Assembly: GCA_947450495.1 (NCBI GenBank) | Contig: CANFVX010000001.1 | Coordinates: forward strand, 16,434-80,433 | DNA: 64,000 nt | Origin: Gammaproteobacteria bacterium | GTDB taxonomy: Bacteria > Pseudomonadota > Gammaproteobacteria > Ga0077536 | Direction: 5' to 3' | In this document: positions 23,341-36,091 of the stretch, in pieces | Layout: every line of letters begins with the position of its first letter | Position numbering within the stretch: the first letter of the stretch is position 1 | Position numbers and translations under genes: made by a program | The notes under the pieces: model-generated | Seen by the model: only the letters and a program-made list of their open reading frames with translations | Told to the model about the DNA's origin: nothing | The model's database searches: none

Positions 23341-24216
23341 TTAGAGCCAGTAGACGAAGATAAACAAGCCGATCCAGACCACATCGACAAAGTGCCAGTA
23401 CCACGCCACGGCCTCGAAGGCGAAATGGTGTTCTTCGGTGAAATGGCCGCGCATGGCGCGGAACAGAATTACCGCCAACATGATCGTGCCCAAGGTAACG
23501 TGGAAGCCGTGGAAGCCCGTCAGCAGGAAGAACGTCGCGCCATAAATGCCAGAGTTGAGCGTGAGGCCAAGCTCGGTATACGCATGGTGATACTCGCCAG
23601 CCTGAAGGTAGACGAACAGGGCGCCCAACGCGACGGTAAAAGCCAGACCAACGATAAGGTGAGCGCGCTTGTTCACCTTCAAACCCCAGTGTGCCCAGGT
23701 GACCGTACCACCCGATGTCAACAAAATCGCGGTGTTCAGCGCCGGCAATCCCCAGGCAGGAATAACGTCTTTAGCGAGGGTGAAGCCGTAATCACGGGGC
23801 AGCGTCAGCAATGGCCAGTCGGCCAGGAAGTGCGGCCACAGGAATTCATGGGTGGCAGCCTTGGCGCCGGCGCCAGACAACCACTCAACGGACAGGACCC
23901 GGGAGTAAAACAGGGCGCCGAAAAAAGCGGCGAAGAACATGACTTCGGAGAAGATGAACCACATCATTCCCATGCGGAAACTGACGTCCTCCCAGTGTCC
24001 GTAACGCCCCCCTTCGCTCTCGCGAATGACGTCACCAAACCACCCGAAAAGCATCGCAAACAAGGACAGAAAACCCACGCCGAGCGTGATGGGCCCGATT
24101 GAGTGGTGGTTCAGCGTCAGCGCACCACCATAGAAAATCACAAAAATGGAAATGGTCGTAAGGATTGGCCAGCGGCTGGCATCCGGGACGTAATAGTGGG
24201 CGTGTGCTGTAGCCAT
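23341..24216 (-). CDS. coxC: cytochrome c oxidase subunit III
   Basis: 7 TM helices, MATAHAHYYVPD N-terminus; track ORF extends 6 aa further (to 24234). Confidence 0.9.
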   Translation of the reverse strand: MATAHAHYYVPDASRWPILTTISIFVIFYGGALTLNHHSIGPITLGVGFLSLFAMLFGWFGDVIRESEGGRYGHWEDVSFRMGMMWFIFSEVMFFAAFFGALFYSRVLSVEWLSGAGAKAATHEFLWPHFLADWPLLTLPRDYGFTLAKDVIPAWGLPALNTAILLTSGGTVTWAHWGLKVNKRAHLIVGLAFTVALGALFVYLQAGEYHHAYTELGLTLNSGIYGATFFLLTGFHGFHVTLGTIMLAVILFRAMRGHFTEEHHFAFEAVAWYWHFVDVVWIGLFIFVYWL

Positions 24217-24268
24217 TGCGGTTCTCTCAATCAAGTTTAATTGCTTAACTTTCCTATTGCGCCCGATC

Positions 24269-24853
24269 TTAGGTGTTCGGTGCGCTCCCTTTCACGGCAG
24301 CCTGCGGCTCAGGGGCCGGCGGCGCTTCAAAAAACGTGTACGACAGCGTAACCCGGTCAACATCTGCCGGGATTTTGGGATCGATGATAAAACGCACCGG
24401 GACCGTTTTCTGTTCACCAGCCGCCAGCGGTTGCCGCGCGAAGCAGAAGCACTCGGTCTTGCTGAAATAACGCGCCGCCGTTTGCGGCGCCAGGCTTGGT
24501 ATCGCCTGACCAACGATTCCGTAGTTTGCCCGGTTGCCCATCTCGAAAGCGACCGAGGTCAACACACCAGGATGGACCACGACCTTGTCCTGCAAGGGCC
24601 GGAAATTCCATGGCAGGCCTGCGTTCACGTTGGTCACAAACTCGACCGTGATTTCACGGGCCTTATCCGGCACCAGAGTGGCCGCTTGCACCTGACTCAA
24701 GCGGCCGGTTTTACCATTGATGCCCGTGACCTCGCAGAACACGTTATACAGGGGCACCAATGCATATCCAAACCCGAACATCATTGCCGTTAACACCAGC
24801 AGTTGCCCGACAAGCTTGCGATTAGCCGTTCTTTGGACGCTGGTGCTGGCCAC
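24269..24853 (-). CDS. ctaG: cytochrome c oxidase assembly protein CtaG/Cox11
   Basis: N-terminal TM plus CFCF copper motif (KTECFCF). Confidence 0.9.
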   Translation of the reverse strand: MASTSVQRTANRKLVGQLLVLTAMMFGFGYALVPLYNVFCEVTGINGKTGRLSQVQAATLVPDKAREITVEFVTNVNAGLPWNFRPLQDKVVVHPGVLTSVAFEMGNRANYGIVGQAIPSLAPQTAARYFSKTECFCFARQPLAAGEQKTVPVRFIIDPKIPADVDRVTLSYTFFEAPPAPEPQAAVKGSAPNT

Positions 24854-24856
24854 GCG

Positions 24857-24978
24857 TTAGGTCCTGGTCAAGAAAAATGCGATGTAAAAGCCGAGGGCGA
24901 CCACCGCGAGAAGTAGCGCCGTTTTCACGGCGCTACGCTGTTGGGAACCCCGCGGGGGCAGGCTTGCTTGCTTTGACA
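24857..24978 (-). CDS. small single-TM protein in cox operon (40 aa)
   Basis: My translation MSKQASLPPRGSQQRSAVKTALLLAVVALGFYIAFFLTRT; sits between coxA stop and ctaG start with 4-nt junctions; below ORF-track size cutoff. Confidence 0.4.
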
Positions 24979-24993
24979 TTGGGGCGCTACCGG

Positions 24994-26592
24994 TTAGCGC
25001 ATGCCCCCTTCAATGCTGGCAGCCGGCGGCGGCTCGGAGAAGGTGTGATAGGGCGCCGGTGACGGGAGCGTCCACTCCAGACCGTGCGCGCCTTCCCAGA
25101 CCTGAGCCGTTGCTTTTTCACCGCCGCGAATGCACTTCACGATGCCAATGACGAAAAGCAGCTGTGAGGCGCCGAACACGAAGCCGCCGATACTCGACAC
25201 CATATTCCAGTCGGCAAACTGAACCGCGTAGTCGGGGATACGACGGGGCATGCCGGCCAAGCCAAGGAAGTGCTGCGGGAAGAACAGCACATTGACCGAA
25301 ATAGTCGACAACCAGAAGTGCAGCTTGCCGAGCTTCTCGTCATACATATGCCCGGTCATCTTCGGCAACCAGAAGTAAGTTCCGGCAATCAAGGAATAGA
25401 TGGCGCCGGTCACGAGCACGTAGTGGAAGTGGGCCACCACGAAATAGGTGTCGTGATACTGGAAATCCACCGGGGTCACGCCAAGCATCAGCCCGGAGAA
25501 CCCGCCGATCGTAAACAGAACCACGAAGGCGATAGCGAAGAGCATCGGGGTTTCGAAGGTCATGGAGCCCTGCCACATGGTGGCAACCCAGTTGAACACT
25601 TTCACGCCCGTTGGTACCGCGATTAGCACCGTCGCATACATGAAGAACAATTCGCCGGCGAGCGGCATGCCGACGGTAAACATGTGGTGGGCCCAGACAA
25701 TAAACGAGAGGAACGCGATTGCAGCGGCGGCGTACACCATCGAGCTGTAGCCGAACAACGGCTTGCGCGCGAAAGTCGGGATGATGGCCGACGCAATGCC
25801 GAACGCGGGCAGGATCAGAATGTAGACCTCGGGGTGCCCGAAGAACCAGAAGATGTGCTGGAACATCACCGGGTCGCCGCCGCCGGCAGCGCTAAAGAAA
25901 GAAGTGCCGAAGAATTTGTCGGTTAGCAACATCGTGACCGCGCCGGCGAGTACCGGAATGGAGGCGATGAGCAAGAACGCGGTGATGATCCAGGTCCACA
26001 CGAACAGCGGCAGCTTCATGAGCGTCATGCCAGGCGCGCGCATGTTGAAGACGGTGGCGATGATGTTGATGGCGCCGGCGATGGACGAGGCGCCCATGAA
26101 ATGCACGGCGAAGATGAGGAACGGGAACGCTTCACCCGTCTGCAGGACCAGTGGCGGGTACATGGTCCATCCGCCGGCCGGCGCGCCGCCAGGCATAAAG
26201 AGCGTGCCGAGCAGCAACGAGAAGGCGAAGGGCAGGATCCAGAAGCTCCAGTTGTTCAGACGTGGCAACGCCATATCAGGAGCGCCGATCATCAGGGGCA
26301 CCAGCCAATTGGCGAAGCCCGTCCATGCAGGCATGACCGCGCCGAAGATCATCACCAGCGCGTGCATGGTGGTCATGGAGTTGAAGAACTGCGGGTTCAC
26401 GAACTGGAGACCCGGCTGGAACAGTTCCAGACGGATGATCATCGCCATCGAACCGCCGATGAAGAACATGATCAGCGAGAAGATGAGGTACATCGTACCG
26501 ATGTCTTTATGGTTCGTCGTTGTCAACCAACGCATCATGCCGGTGGCATGATGTTCGTGGTGGGCATCGTGGTGGGCTGCTGCCTCGCTCAT
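24994..26592 (-). CDS. ctaD: cytochrome c oxidase subunit I (aa3-type)
   Basis: 12 TM helices, conserved His ligands (WFFGHPEVY, HHMF). Confidence 0.95.
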   Translation of the reverse strand: MSEAAAHHDAHHEHHATGMMRWLTTTNHKDIGTMYLIFSLIMFFIGGSMAMIIRLELFQPGLQFVNPQFFNSMTTMHALVMIFGAVMPAWTGFANWLVPLMIGAPDMALPRLNNWSFWILPFAFSLLLGTLFMPGGAPAGGWTMYPPLVLQTGEAFPFLIFAVHFMGASSIAGAINIIATVFNMRAPGMTLMKLPLFVWTWIITAFLLIASIPVLAGAVTMLLTDKFFGTSFFSAAGGGDPVMFQHIFWFFGHPEVYILILPAFGIASAIIPTFARKPLFGYSSMVYAAAAIAFLSFIVWAHHMFTVGMPLAGELFFMYATVLIAVPTGVKVFNWVATMWQGSMTFETPMLFAIAFVVLFTIGGFSGLMLGVTPVDFQYHDTYFVVAHFHYVLVTGAIYSLIAGTYFWLPKMTGHMYDEKLGKLHFWLSTISVNVLFFPQHFLGLAGMPRRIPDYAVQFADWNMVSSIGGFVFGASQLLFVIGIVKCIRGGEKATAQVWEGAHGLEWTLPSPAPYHTFSEPPPAASIEGGMR

Positions 26593-26646
26593 GAGTTAAT
26601 CCTCAAACAGTGATTTCAGAGTTGTTCGGTCTGCTTGGCGTCAGCG

Positions 26647-27525
26647 CTACTGCGCTGTCGCGACAGATACGCCTGGCGCCGAAGCGCTGTCGGCGGTCTT
26701 CGGGGCTTGCTCAGCTTTCGTCTTTTCTAACCATGCTTTGTACTCGGCTTCCGGCAGCGCGCGGACGACGATCGGCATAAAGCCATGGTCCTTGCCGCAC
26801 AGCTCTGCACATTGGCCTCGATAGACGCCTGGTTCTTTGATCAGCGCCCAGGATTCGTTGATGTATCCCGGAATGGCGTCGCGTTTCCAGCCCAGCGCCG
26901 GCACCCACCAGGCATGAATGACGTCAGAAGCCGTGGTCAGGAAGCGAATTTTACGGCCCACCGGCAACACCAGTTCGCGGTCCACTTCAAGCAGATAATT
27001 ATCGACCGTTTTAGGGTCAATGCCGGAATTGAGTTGGCGGGCAACGTCGCTCGTACGGGCCAGACCGCTATAGAGGAACACGCCTTCATTGATGTAGTCG
27101 TAGCGCCAGCGCCACTGATAGCCCGTGACCTTGATGGTCATATCGGAGTGCGCGACGTCTTCCATCATGACCAACGCCTTGGTCGCAGGAATCGCCATCA
27201 CGACCAGAATCACGGCCGGCACAGCAGTCCAAAGGAACTCTACAAGCGTGTTCTCATGCCACTGCGCGGCCACCGCACCTTTGGATTTACGGAACTTGAG
27301 GATGGAGTAGAAGATGGCACCAAACACACCGATGCCGGTGATTACGCAGACCCACAAGATCAGCATATGAAGTTGGTAGACTTCTTCGCTGTAAGGGGTC
27401 ACGCCGCGGGTGAGATTGAGTTTGTCCCAATCTGCGCTTGCAACGAGTGGCGCCATAGCTAGTACAGCTGCCATACGGCGGGCACCGCGTCGGATTGCTG
27501 AGGTTGTCATTAATCGTTTCCTCAT
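26647..27525 (-). CDS. coxB: cytochrome c oxidase subunit II
   Basis: CuA site HAWWVPALG...CAELCGKDHGFM; signal peptide plus 2 TM. Confidence 0.95.
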   Translation of the reverse strand: MRKRLMTTSAIRRGARRMAAVLAMAPLVASADWDKLNLTRGVTPYSEEVYQLHMLILWVCVITGIGVFGAIFYSILKFRKSKGAVAAQWHENTLVEFLWTAVPAVILVVMAIPATKALVMMEDVAHSDMTIKVTGYQWRWRYDYINEGVFLYSGLARTSDVARQLNSGIDPKTVDNYLLEVDRELVLPVGRKIRFLTTASDVIHAWWVPALGWKRDAIPGYINESWALIKEPGVYRGQCAELCGKDHGFMPIVVRALPEAEYKAWLEKTKAEQAPKTADSASAPGVSVATAQ

Positions 27526-27615
27526 CTTCTAAATGAATTCTTACAGGATCTGGGCTTCGGGCTTGCCCGGTCACTTACGGTGTAGGAGGGGTTATCCCAC
27601 GCTTGCCGATGCATT

Positions 27616-28095
27616 CTAACGACTTTTCTTAAGAGCGTTAATCAGGGCTTTCGCCAATGTCTTGCGCTCGCCATCGGTCAGGAAGCTGCCGAGCTCCGTG
27701 TAGCGCCCGTGGGAGCGTAAGAAAAGGCTGCTATGGCTCCACCTTCCGCGCTGTTCGAGTTCGACCCTCACCCAAGCGGGGTCGAATTCCTCACGCTGGG
27801 TCGGCTCATGGCGACCGCGCTCGATCACCAGAGCCCGCGTTGAGAGATCGATCACTTCTCGCCATTGGCCCTGCCATTGGACGTAGTAAAAGGCGGCCCA
27901 CAGCAGGGCGATCTCAAGGCCAGCAAACGGGAGGACGAAGGGTGCACCGAACCAGAGGAACAGGCCGCCACTGGCAAGCGGGATGAGAGAGATGAGACAC
28001 AGCCAGCGTTTGGCTTCCTGCCATGTGAGCGAGCGCGTGGGGCGAACCACCCAGACTGTATGGTCGTAGGCCTCGTGCTGCAGGGTCTCTAGCAT
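27616..28095 (-). CDS. DUF2244-type integral membrane protein upstream of coxB
   Basis: 159 aa, two adjacent TM helices; conserved position before coxB in Pseudomonas-like aa3 clusters. Confidence 0.6.
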   Translation of the reverse strand: MLETLQHEAYDHTVWVVRPTRSLTWQEAKRWLCLISLIPLASGGLFLWFGAPFVLPFAGLEIALLWAAFYYVQWQGQWREVIDLSTRALVIERGRHEPTQREEFDPAWVRVELEQRGRWSHSSLFLRSHGRYTELGSFLTDGERKTLAKALINALKKSR

Positions 28096-28113
28096 GACCT
28101 GACTCCGGATAGC

Positions 28114-28806
28114 TTAGGCGTTCCGCGGCCGCGACAGCGTGGCTGTCGCATCGGCCAAGGCGTTGTACGTCGCCCGGTTAGCTTCCTCAGGCCCCCATGT
28201 GAGACGCCCGAGCAAAGGTGCCGGGATTCTGGGCAGAAGAGAGTCGATGGTTTGCTCGGCATACGCATACGTGGGATCTACGATGTTGGCGACCCATCCG
28301 ATCAGTTCACAGCCATCAGCCTCGATGGCGCGAGCGGTTAACAGGCTGTGATTGAGGCCGCCCAATCGAATTCCAGCAACCATGACAACGGGGAGACGCA
28401 GATGGCGGACCAGATCAGCCTGCATTTGCTCCGGATTAATGGGGAGACACCAGCCACCCACGCCTTCGACGATAACGATGTCGGCGGCAAGCTTGGCACG
28501 CTCGAAAGCGTGCTCGATAACGGAGAGTTCTACCTTCCGGCCCTCTAGCGCAGCAGCGAGATGAGGCGCGGTGGGGGCTTCGAAGGCGTAAGGATTAGCG
28601 ATAGCAGGGTCCAGTTGGACGGACGCACTGGCTCGATGCCGATAGACGTCTTCGTTGATGCGTTCAGTCCCATAAGATTCAAAACCTGCGGCGATGGGTT
28701 TCAGCGCCGCGATCCCGATACCGAGATTCGACAGCGCCTTCAGCAGGGCGCAGGTGACATAGGTTTTGCCTGCCCCGGTGTCAGTGGCCGTGATAAAGCA
28801 GTCCAT
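28114..28806 (-). CDS. bioD: dethiobiotin synthetase
   Basis: FITATDTGAGKTYVT P-loop. Confidence 0.9.
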   Translation of the reverse strand: MDCFITATDTGAGKTYVTCALLKALSNLGIGIAALKPIAAGFESYGTERINEDVYRHRASASVQLDPAIANPYAFEAPTAPHLAAALEGRKVELSVIEHAFERAKLAADIVIVEGVGGWCLPINPEQMQADLVRHLRLPVVMVAGIRLGGLNHSLLTARAIEADGCELIGWVANIVDPTYAYAEQTIDSLLPRIPAPLLGRLTWGPEEANRATYNALADATATLSRPRNA

Positions 28807-28807
28807 C

Positions 28808-29662
28808 TCACGAACGTCTCGTTAGGCGACTGATCGGGAAGACACTAGTGCCATCTTGCGGGCGGGCTTGCGGGGCAACCCAACCATGCCCAAAAACCAG
28901 CTCGTAGGTTGCCGGTAAGGCCGCGCCCACTCTAAAGCGCTCGTAAGCGTGCGCGAGGTTTTTCAAGGTTTCCCGTCCGGCGAGGTGCCGCGGGCGGGCA
29001 CGGTCGCTGTTGCGCGCGCCGATACCCTGGAGGTCACGCATCAAAGTGAGGACGTCTGGATAGGTCACCGTCAGGTCTTCGCGCTCAAGCACCGGGCTAC
29101 TGAAGCCAGCCTGTATCAGCGCGTCGCCCACAATATGCATGTCGACGAAACGGTTTACGTGTGGCGCTGAGTCGATGCTGGCAAAAGCGCTTCGTAGTTC
29201 CTTCAACGTATCCGGGCCCAGGGTCGAAAACAGCAAAAGCCCTCCGGGCTTAAGCGCTCTTCGGCATTCCTTCAACACCGCGACGAGGTCCTCGCACCAC
29301 TGAAAGGTGAGGCTCGAAATAATCAGGTCGCAGCTGGCTTCGGCGACGGGCAGGCTCACGGCATCAGCGCAGGCGTATCGCTGGCGTGAGCGCCAACGAC
29401 GGTGCCGACGGGCTTCCACCAACATGCCGGGCGCGAGGTCGACCAATAAAACAGCCGCCTTTTTATAGCGCGCCTCAAGATGTCTGGCGCAGTAGCCGGT
29501 GCCTGCACCCAAGTCGACGAGCAGCTTTGGCGCGAGCTGCATAAAATCGAGGCGTTGCAGCAAGCGGTCAGCAACCTCTCGTTGCAGGGCTGCGTGAGCA
29601 TCGTAAGTGTTGGCCGCTGTGTTAAAAGCACGGCGGACAGCGGTTCTATCCAGAGCAATCAT
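28808..29662 (-). CDS. bioC: malonyl-ACP O-methyltransferase
   Basis: SAM-MTase motif LVDLGAGTG, typical BioC N-terminus RAFNTAANTYD. Confidence 0.85.
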   Translation of the reverse strand: MIALDRTAVRRAFNTAANTYDAHAALQREVADRLLQRLDFMQLAPKLLVDLGAGTGYCARHLEARYKKAAVLLVDLAPGMLVEARRHRRWRSRQRYACADAVSLPVAEASCDLIISSLTFQWCEDLVAVLKECRRALKPGGLLLFSTLGPDTLKELRSAFASIDSAPHVNRFVDMHIVGDALIQAGFSSPVLEREDLTVTYPDVLTLMRDLQGIGARNSDRARPRHLAGRETLKNLAHAYERFRVGAALPATYELVFGHGWVAPQARPQDGTSVFPISRLTRRS

Positions 29663-29665
29663 GCT

Positions 29666-30823
29666 TCAAACCTTGATGTGCTTGGGCGGGAGCAAGCGCT
29701 TGAGCGCTAATACCAAACCGGAAATTTGGTCGGCCGTGTGAGCTGCCGATAGACAAACTCTTAATCGCGAGGTGCCTTCCGGCACGGTCGGTGGCCGAAT
29801 TGCGCGGACGTAAAAGCCTGCTTCGCGAAGCGCGTTCGCCATTGCCAAGGCGAGTTCGTCGGCACCGAGTATGATGGGTTGGATAGGCGTGGAGGACTCG
29901 GTTCGCGGCAGACCGGCGGCGTCCATCGCCCGCTGAAAGTCGGCGATGTTCTGGTGCAAGCGGCGCAGAAGGCCAGAGTCTTCATCTACCAGTTGCAACG
30001 CACGGTGGGTTGCCGCCGCAATCAGGGGCGGCATCGCCGTATCGTAAATGAACGGTCGCGCCGTCTGCAGCAGTGTCTCTATCAGGTCTGATCTACCGAT
30101 TACTGCCGCGCCGGCGGTTCCCAGCGCTTTGCCGAATGTAACCACCACGAGCGGCGCTTGTTCCTGAGTTAGCCCGGCGGCGTGGACAAGGCCTCGTCCG
30201 TTGCCAACGACACCGAAGCCATGCGCGTCGTCAAAAATCGGCAGGACGTTATGGGCTTTCGCGATTGCCGCGAGCTCGGAAACAGGGGCAAGGTCGCCGT
30301 CCATGCTGAACACCGTGTCGGATAACAGCATCCGTGAATGGGCAGGGTTATTCGGGATCCTGGCCTCAAAGTCTGCCGGATCAGCGTGACGGTAGCGTAT
30401 TGAATTGGCGCCGCTCAATTTAACCGCGTCAATGAGGGAGGCGTGATTGATGCGGTCGTGCAGGATGTCCGTGTGGCGGTCTGCGAGAGCTGCGACGACG
30501 CCCAGGTTGGCCATATAGCCAGAAGAAAACAGTAAAGCTCGGTCCCGTGCCATAAATACTTGTAGGGAATTGGCGAGTTCGGCATGGGCATCAGTCCAGC
30601 CGGAGAGCAATCCGGCAGCGCCTGCGCCAACACCGTAAAGTTCGATCGCCTGACGAGCCGCATCAGTTAACCGTGGGTCATTGGCGAGCCCCAGGTAGTC
30701 ATTGCTGGAAAAGTTCACCAGCCGTTGGTCGCCCACTTGGATCAATGAACCCTGTGGGCCTCTGCGATTTTCTAATGAACGCTTCCGAGTGTCCGGGAGC
30801 GCTGCGAGCCGGCGAGAGCTCAT
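29666..30823 (-). CDS. bioF: 8-amino-7-oxononanoate synthase
   Basis: NFSSNDYLGL PLP-dependent class II aminotransferase motif; TFGKALG lysine motif. Confidence 0.9.
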   Translation of the reverse strand: MSSRRLAALPDTRKRSLENRRGPQGSLIQVGDQRLVNFSSNDYLGLANDPRLTDAARQAIELYGVGAGAAGLLSGWTDAHAELANSLQVFMARDRALLFSSGYMANLGVVAALADRHTDILHDRINHASLIDAVKLSGANSIRYRHADPADFEARIPNNPAHSRMLLSDTVFSMDGDLAPVSELAAIAKAHNVLPIFDDAHGFGVVGNGRGLVHAAGLTQEQAPLVVVTFGKALGTAGAAVIGRSDLIETLLQTARPFIYDTAMPPLIAAATHRALQLVDEDSGLLRRLHQNIADFQRAMDAAGLPRTESSTPIQPIILGADELALAMANALREAGFYVRAIRPPTVPEGTSRLRVCLSAAHTADQISGLVLALKRLLPPKHIKV

Positions 30824-30848
30824 TGTGCGTTTATCCTGCTCTCAGGAT

Positions 30849-31868
30849 TTAAGCCTGACCTACCATGGTTTTGATGCCTAATCGTGCGAGCAAATCCTGG
30901 TCTTCGTTTTGTTGCGGGTTTGGTGTCGTGAGCAGTTGTTCCCCGTAAAAAATGGAATTGGCCCCGGCGAAAAATGCCAAGGCCTGGCCCGCTTCGCCCA
31001 GTTCCTTGCGACCCGCAGAGAGGCGCACAAAGGAGCTTGGCATCATGATGCGGGCCGCAGCGATGGTTCGGATCACGTCGAAACAATCAACAGCGGCTTC
31101 GTTAGCCAGCGGGGTGCCTTCAACCCTAACGAGCTGGTTGATGGGAACGCTCTCCGGCGGCGTCGCGAGATTCGCTAACTGACATAGGAGTCCAGCACGG
31201 TCACGGACGCTTTCGCCCAATCCCACGATGCCCCCGCAGCAGACATTGATCCCTGCGTCGCGGACCGCGTCGAGGGTATCGAGGCGATCCCGGTAGGTTC
31301 GGGTAGAAATGACGTCGCCGTAGTGTTCGGGAGAGGTGTCGAGATTATGGTTGTAGTAATCGAGGCCGGCGGATTTCAGGCTTTCGGCCTGAGAGGGTTT
31401 CAGCATCCCGAGGGTGACGCAGGTTTCCATGCCAATGCCCTTCACCGCCGCAACGAGTTCTGCGACCTGAGCGACCTCACGGTCTTTAGGGGCGCGCCAC
31501 GCTGCGCCCATGCAGAATCTTGTCGCGCCCGCAGCTTTGGCCTGAAGCGCAGAGGTCAACACGGCGTCAACGGACATTAGCGGCGTAGCGGTGACGCCGG
31601 TATCGTAGCGAGCGCTTTGGGGACAATAACCACAGTCTTCGGGGCACCCACCGCTTTTGATGTTAAGCAGTGTGCTGAGCTGGATTTCGTTCGGGTTGAA
31701 GTGAGCACGATGCGCCGCTTGCGCTTGAAAGAGCAAGTCGTTAAACGGTTGTTGAATCAGGGATACGGCGGCGTCAATGGACCATCGGGTCGTATGGTGC
31801 AACGGTGCCTCAGAAACCTGAGAAGCTGTACGGTCAAGGTCTAGCATGCGGGCTCCAGATGGCTGCAA
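30849..31868 (-). CDS. bioB: biotin synthase
   Basis: Radical-SAM [11 protein letters not shown] motif; start position uncertain by a few codons. Confidence 0.9.
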   Translation of the reverse strand: MQPSGARMLDLDRTASQVSEAPLHHTTRWSIDAAVSLIQQPFNDLLFQAQAAHRAHFNPNEIQLSTLLNIKSGGCPEDCGYCPQSARYDTGVTATPLMSVDAVLTSALQAKAAGATRFCMGAAWRAPKDREVAQVAELVAAVKGIGMETCVTLGMLKPSQAESLKSAGLDYYNHNLDTSPEHYGDVISTRTYRDRLDTLDAVRDAGINVCCGGIVGLGESVRDRAGLLCQLANLATPPESVPINQLVRVEGTPLANEAAVDCFDVIRTIAAARIMMPSSFVRLSAGRKELGEAGQALAFFAGANSIFYGEQLLTTPNPQQNEDQDLLARLGIKTMVGQA

Positions 31869-31898
31869 TAGTGACGTTCCGAAAGGGAGTTCGGAAAG

Positions 31899-32564
31899 AT
31901 GGCGACAGTTGGAAATTTGGCGTCAAGCTTATGGGAAGCGTTTCGCCCTTACAATCGGCCTATTCTTGGCCGATGTGTGTTGTGCCTTGAGCTGATTAGT
32001 ACGGATGCGCTCTGCGGCCAATGTCTGGCCGACCTGCCGTGGCGCGCTGAACCACGCGTTCGTGGTTTTCGCGTAGGACACCCCTGCTATGCCAGTCTTC
32101 GATACGAATTTCCGGTGAGACGGCTCATCGCTAATGCAAAGTACAACAACAATGTGGGCCTGGCCTCGCTGTTGGGTGATCTGATGAGCCGAAATCTGCC
32201 GCCACTTGATTGGTCGGCTGTTTGCATTTGCCCGATGCCACAAAGCCTAAGGCGTCACTGGGCCCGCAGTTACAACCAAACTTGGCTGATGGCGGAGGCT
32301 ATCGGTTCGCACACCAAATCTTTGGTTAACCCGGATTTGTTGGTAAAGCGGAAGCACACAGCTGCGCAAAAAGGCCTAAGACGGCAGCGCCGACAAACAA
32401 ATTTGGTCGGCGCCTTTGAGGCCCCGTCAAGCGTCGAAGGGCTCCGAATCGTGCTGGTGGACGATGTCATCACCACCGGGGCCACCTTCGCTGCCGCCGC
32501 TGGTTGCCTGGCGCGACGCGGCGCCAGGGAGGTTGTGTGCTTAGCGGCGGCTGCCGTGCTTTAA
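31899..32564 (+). CDS. comF: ComF family phosphoribosyltransferase-domain protein
   Basis: N-terminal C-x2-C...C-x2-C zinc finger, C-terminal PRTase motif [12 protein letters not shown]; divergent from bioB as in Pseudomonas. Confidence 0.8.
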   Translation: MATVGNLASSLWEAFRPYNRPILGRCVLCLELISTDALCGQCLADLPWRAEPRVRGFRVGHPCYASLRYEFPVRRLIANAKYNNNVGLASLLGDLMSRNLPPLDWSAVCICPMPQSLRRHWARSYNQTWLMAEAIGSHTKSLVNPDLLVKRKHTAAQKGLRRQRRQTNLVGAFEAPSSVEGLRIVLVDDVITTGATFAAAAGCLARRGAREVVCLAAAAVL

Positions 32565-32572
32565 CAGGGTCG

Positions 32573-34981
<2,409 letters not shown>

Positions 34982-36058
34982 CTACGCAACTGAGAAAACG
35001 CCATGTTTCACGTGAAACTTTCGGACGTCATATGAACTCGAGGGAATCGTCAGGTCGTCGCCGTAGATTGCGGTTATGAATACTTGTCTATTTTCTTGCA
35101 GAAGAAGTGTGAGCGAGCGCTCCTGCGAATCGCGGTCTAACTCCGCACAAAGGTCATCCACCAGAATAAGAGGGGACTCCCCTCCATTGTTCTCTAGGGC
35201 TCGAACCTGAGCCTCCGCTATCAGGCAGGCTATTAACTTCGATTGCCCACGTGAGGTCGTCTGTTTTACCGGGAATCCGTTAAGGAGAATTTTTAAACCG
35301 GCCCTGTGCGGCCCGACTGTAGTAGCGCCTAGAAACTGCTCCCTGTCCCTCGATTCCCTCAAGGCATCCGCCAGACTAGTACCCTCTCGCCAACCTGCGG
35401 CATAGACGAGTGAAACATCACCCAGCGCTGCCAGATCAACATACATCCGGAGGTTAGCATTTAACCGATCTACGCATTTCCGGCGAAGGCGATCTAACTC
35501 TTCGCCCTGCGTTACAAATTCTTCAGTCCAATACCGCAATTCATCATCTTTCGAACTGCGCCGAATAAGTTGGTTACGATTTTGTAACGCTCGGAAATAA
35601 CGCTGGAACAGAACTAGATAGCCCTGTTCCACGTGAAACAACGTCCGATCAAGAATCCCTCTCCGGTAAGCGGGTGCGTTAGCCGCCATCTGGAACATTT
35701 GAGCATCCAACGACACCAACGGCATGTACGCCGCCAGCGACGACGCTGATCTAACCGCCTGCCCGTCCACCCGGCATATGGTCGCAGAGCGGGTCTTCTC
35801 TACGCCCATGGCCACCCGGCATCCTGCGAATTCAACCGTTCCGGTAACCATCGAAGACTGACAACCCTTAGCCACGAAATCCGACGCTGTAGCACCGGTA
35901 AAAGCCTTCCCCGTGCCTAGAACGCTCACAGCCTCGAGCAAACTACTTTTGCCGCTACCATTTCTGCCAACAATTACGTTTAAATTTCGCGCGAATTTCA
36001 GTCGTTGATCCGAAATATTTCTGAAATCCCGGATCACAACCTCCGACAATAGAGCCAT
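34982..36058 (-). CDS. recF: DNA replication/repair protein RecF
   Basis: Walker A GRNGSGKSSLLEA, signature and Walker B LILVDDLCAELD. Confidence 0.9.
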   Translation of the reverse strand: MALLSEVVIRDFRNISDQRLKFARNLNVIVGRNGSGKSSLLEAVSVLGTGKAFTGATASDFVAKGCQSSMVTGTVEFAGCRVAMGVEKTRSATICRVDGQAVRSASSLAAYMPLVSLDAQMFQMAANAPAYRRGILDRTLFHVEQGYLVLFQRYFRALQNRNQLIRRSSKDDELRYWTEEFVTQGEELDRLRRKCVDRLNANLRMYVDLAALGDVSLVYAAGWREGTSLADALRESRDREQFLGATTVGPHRAGLKILLNGFPVKQTTSRGQSKLIACLIAEAQVRALENNGGESPLILVDDLCAELDRDSQERSLTLLLQENRQVFITAIYGDDLTIPSSSYDVRKFHVKHGVFSVA

Positions 36059-36091
36059 CTATAAATATTTCACAACAGAGAGGCGGCCTGT

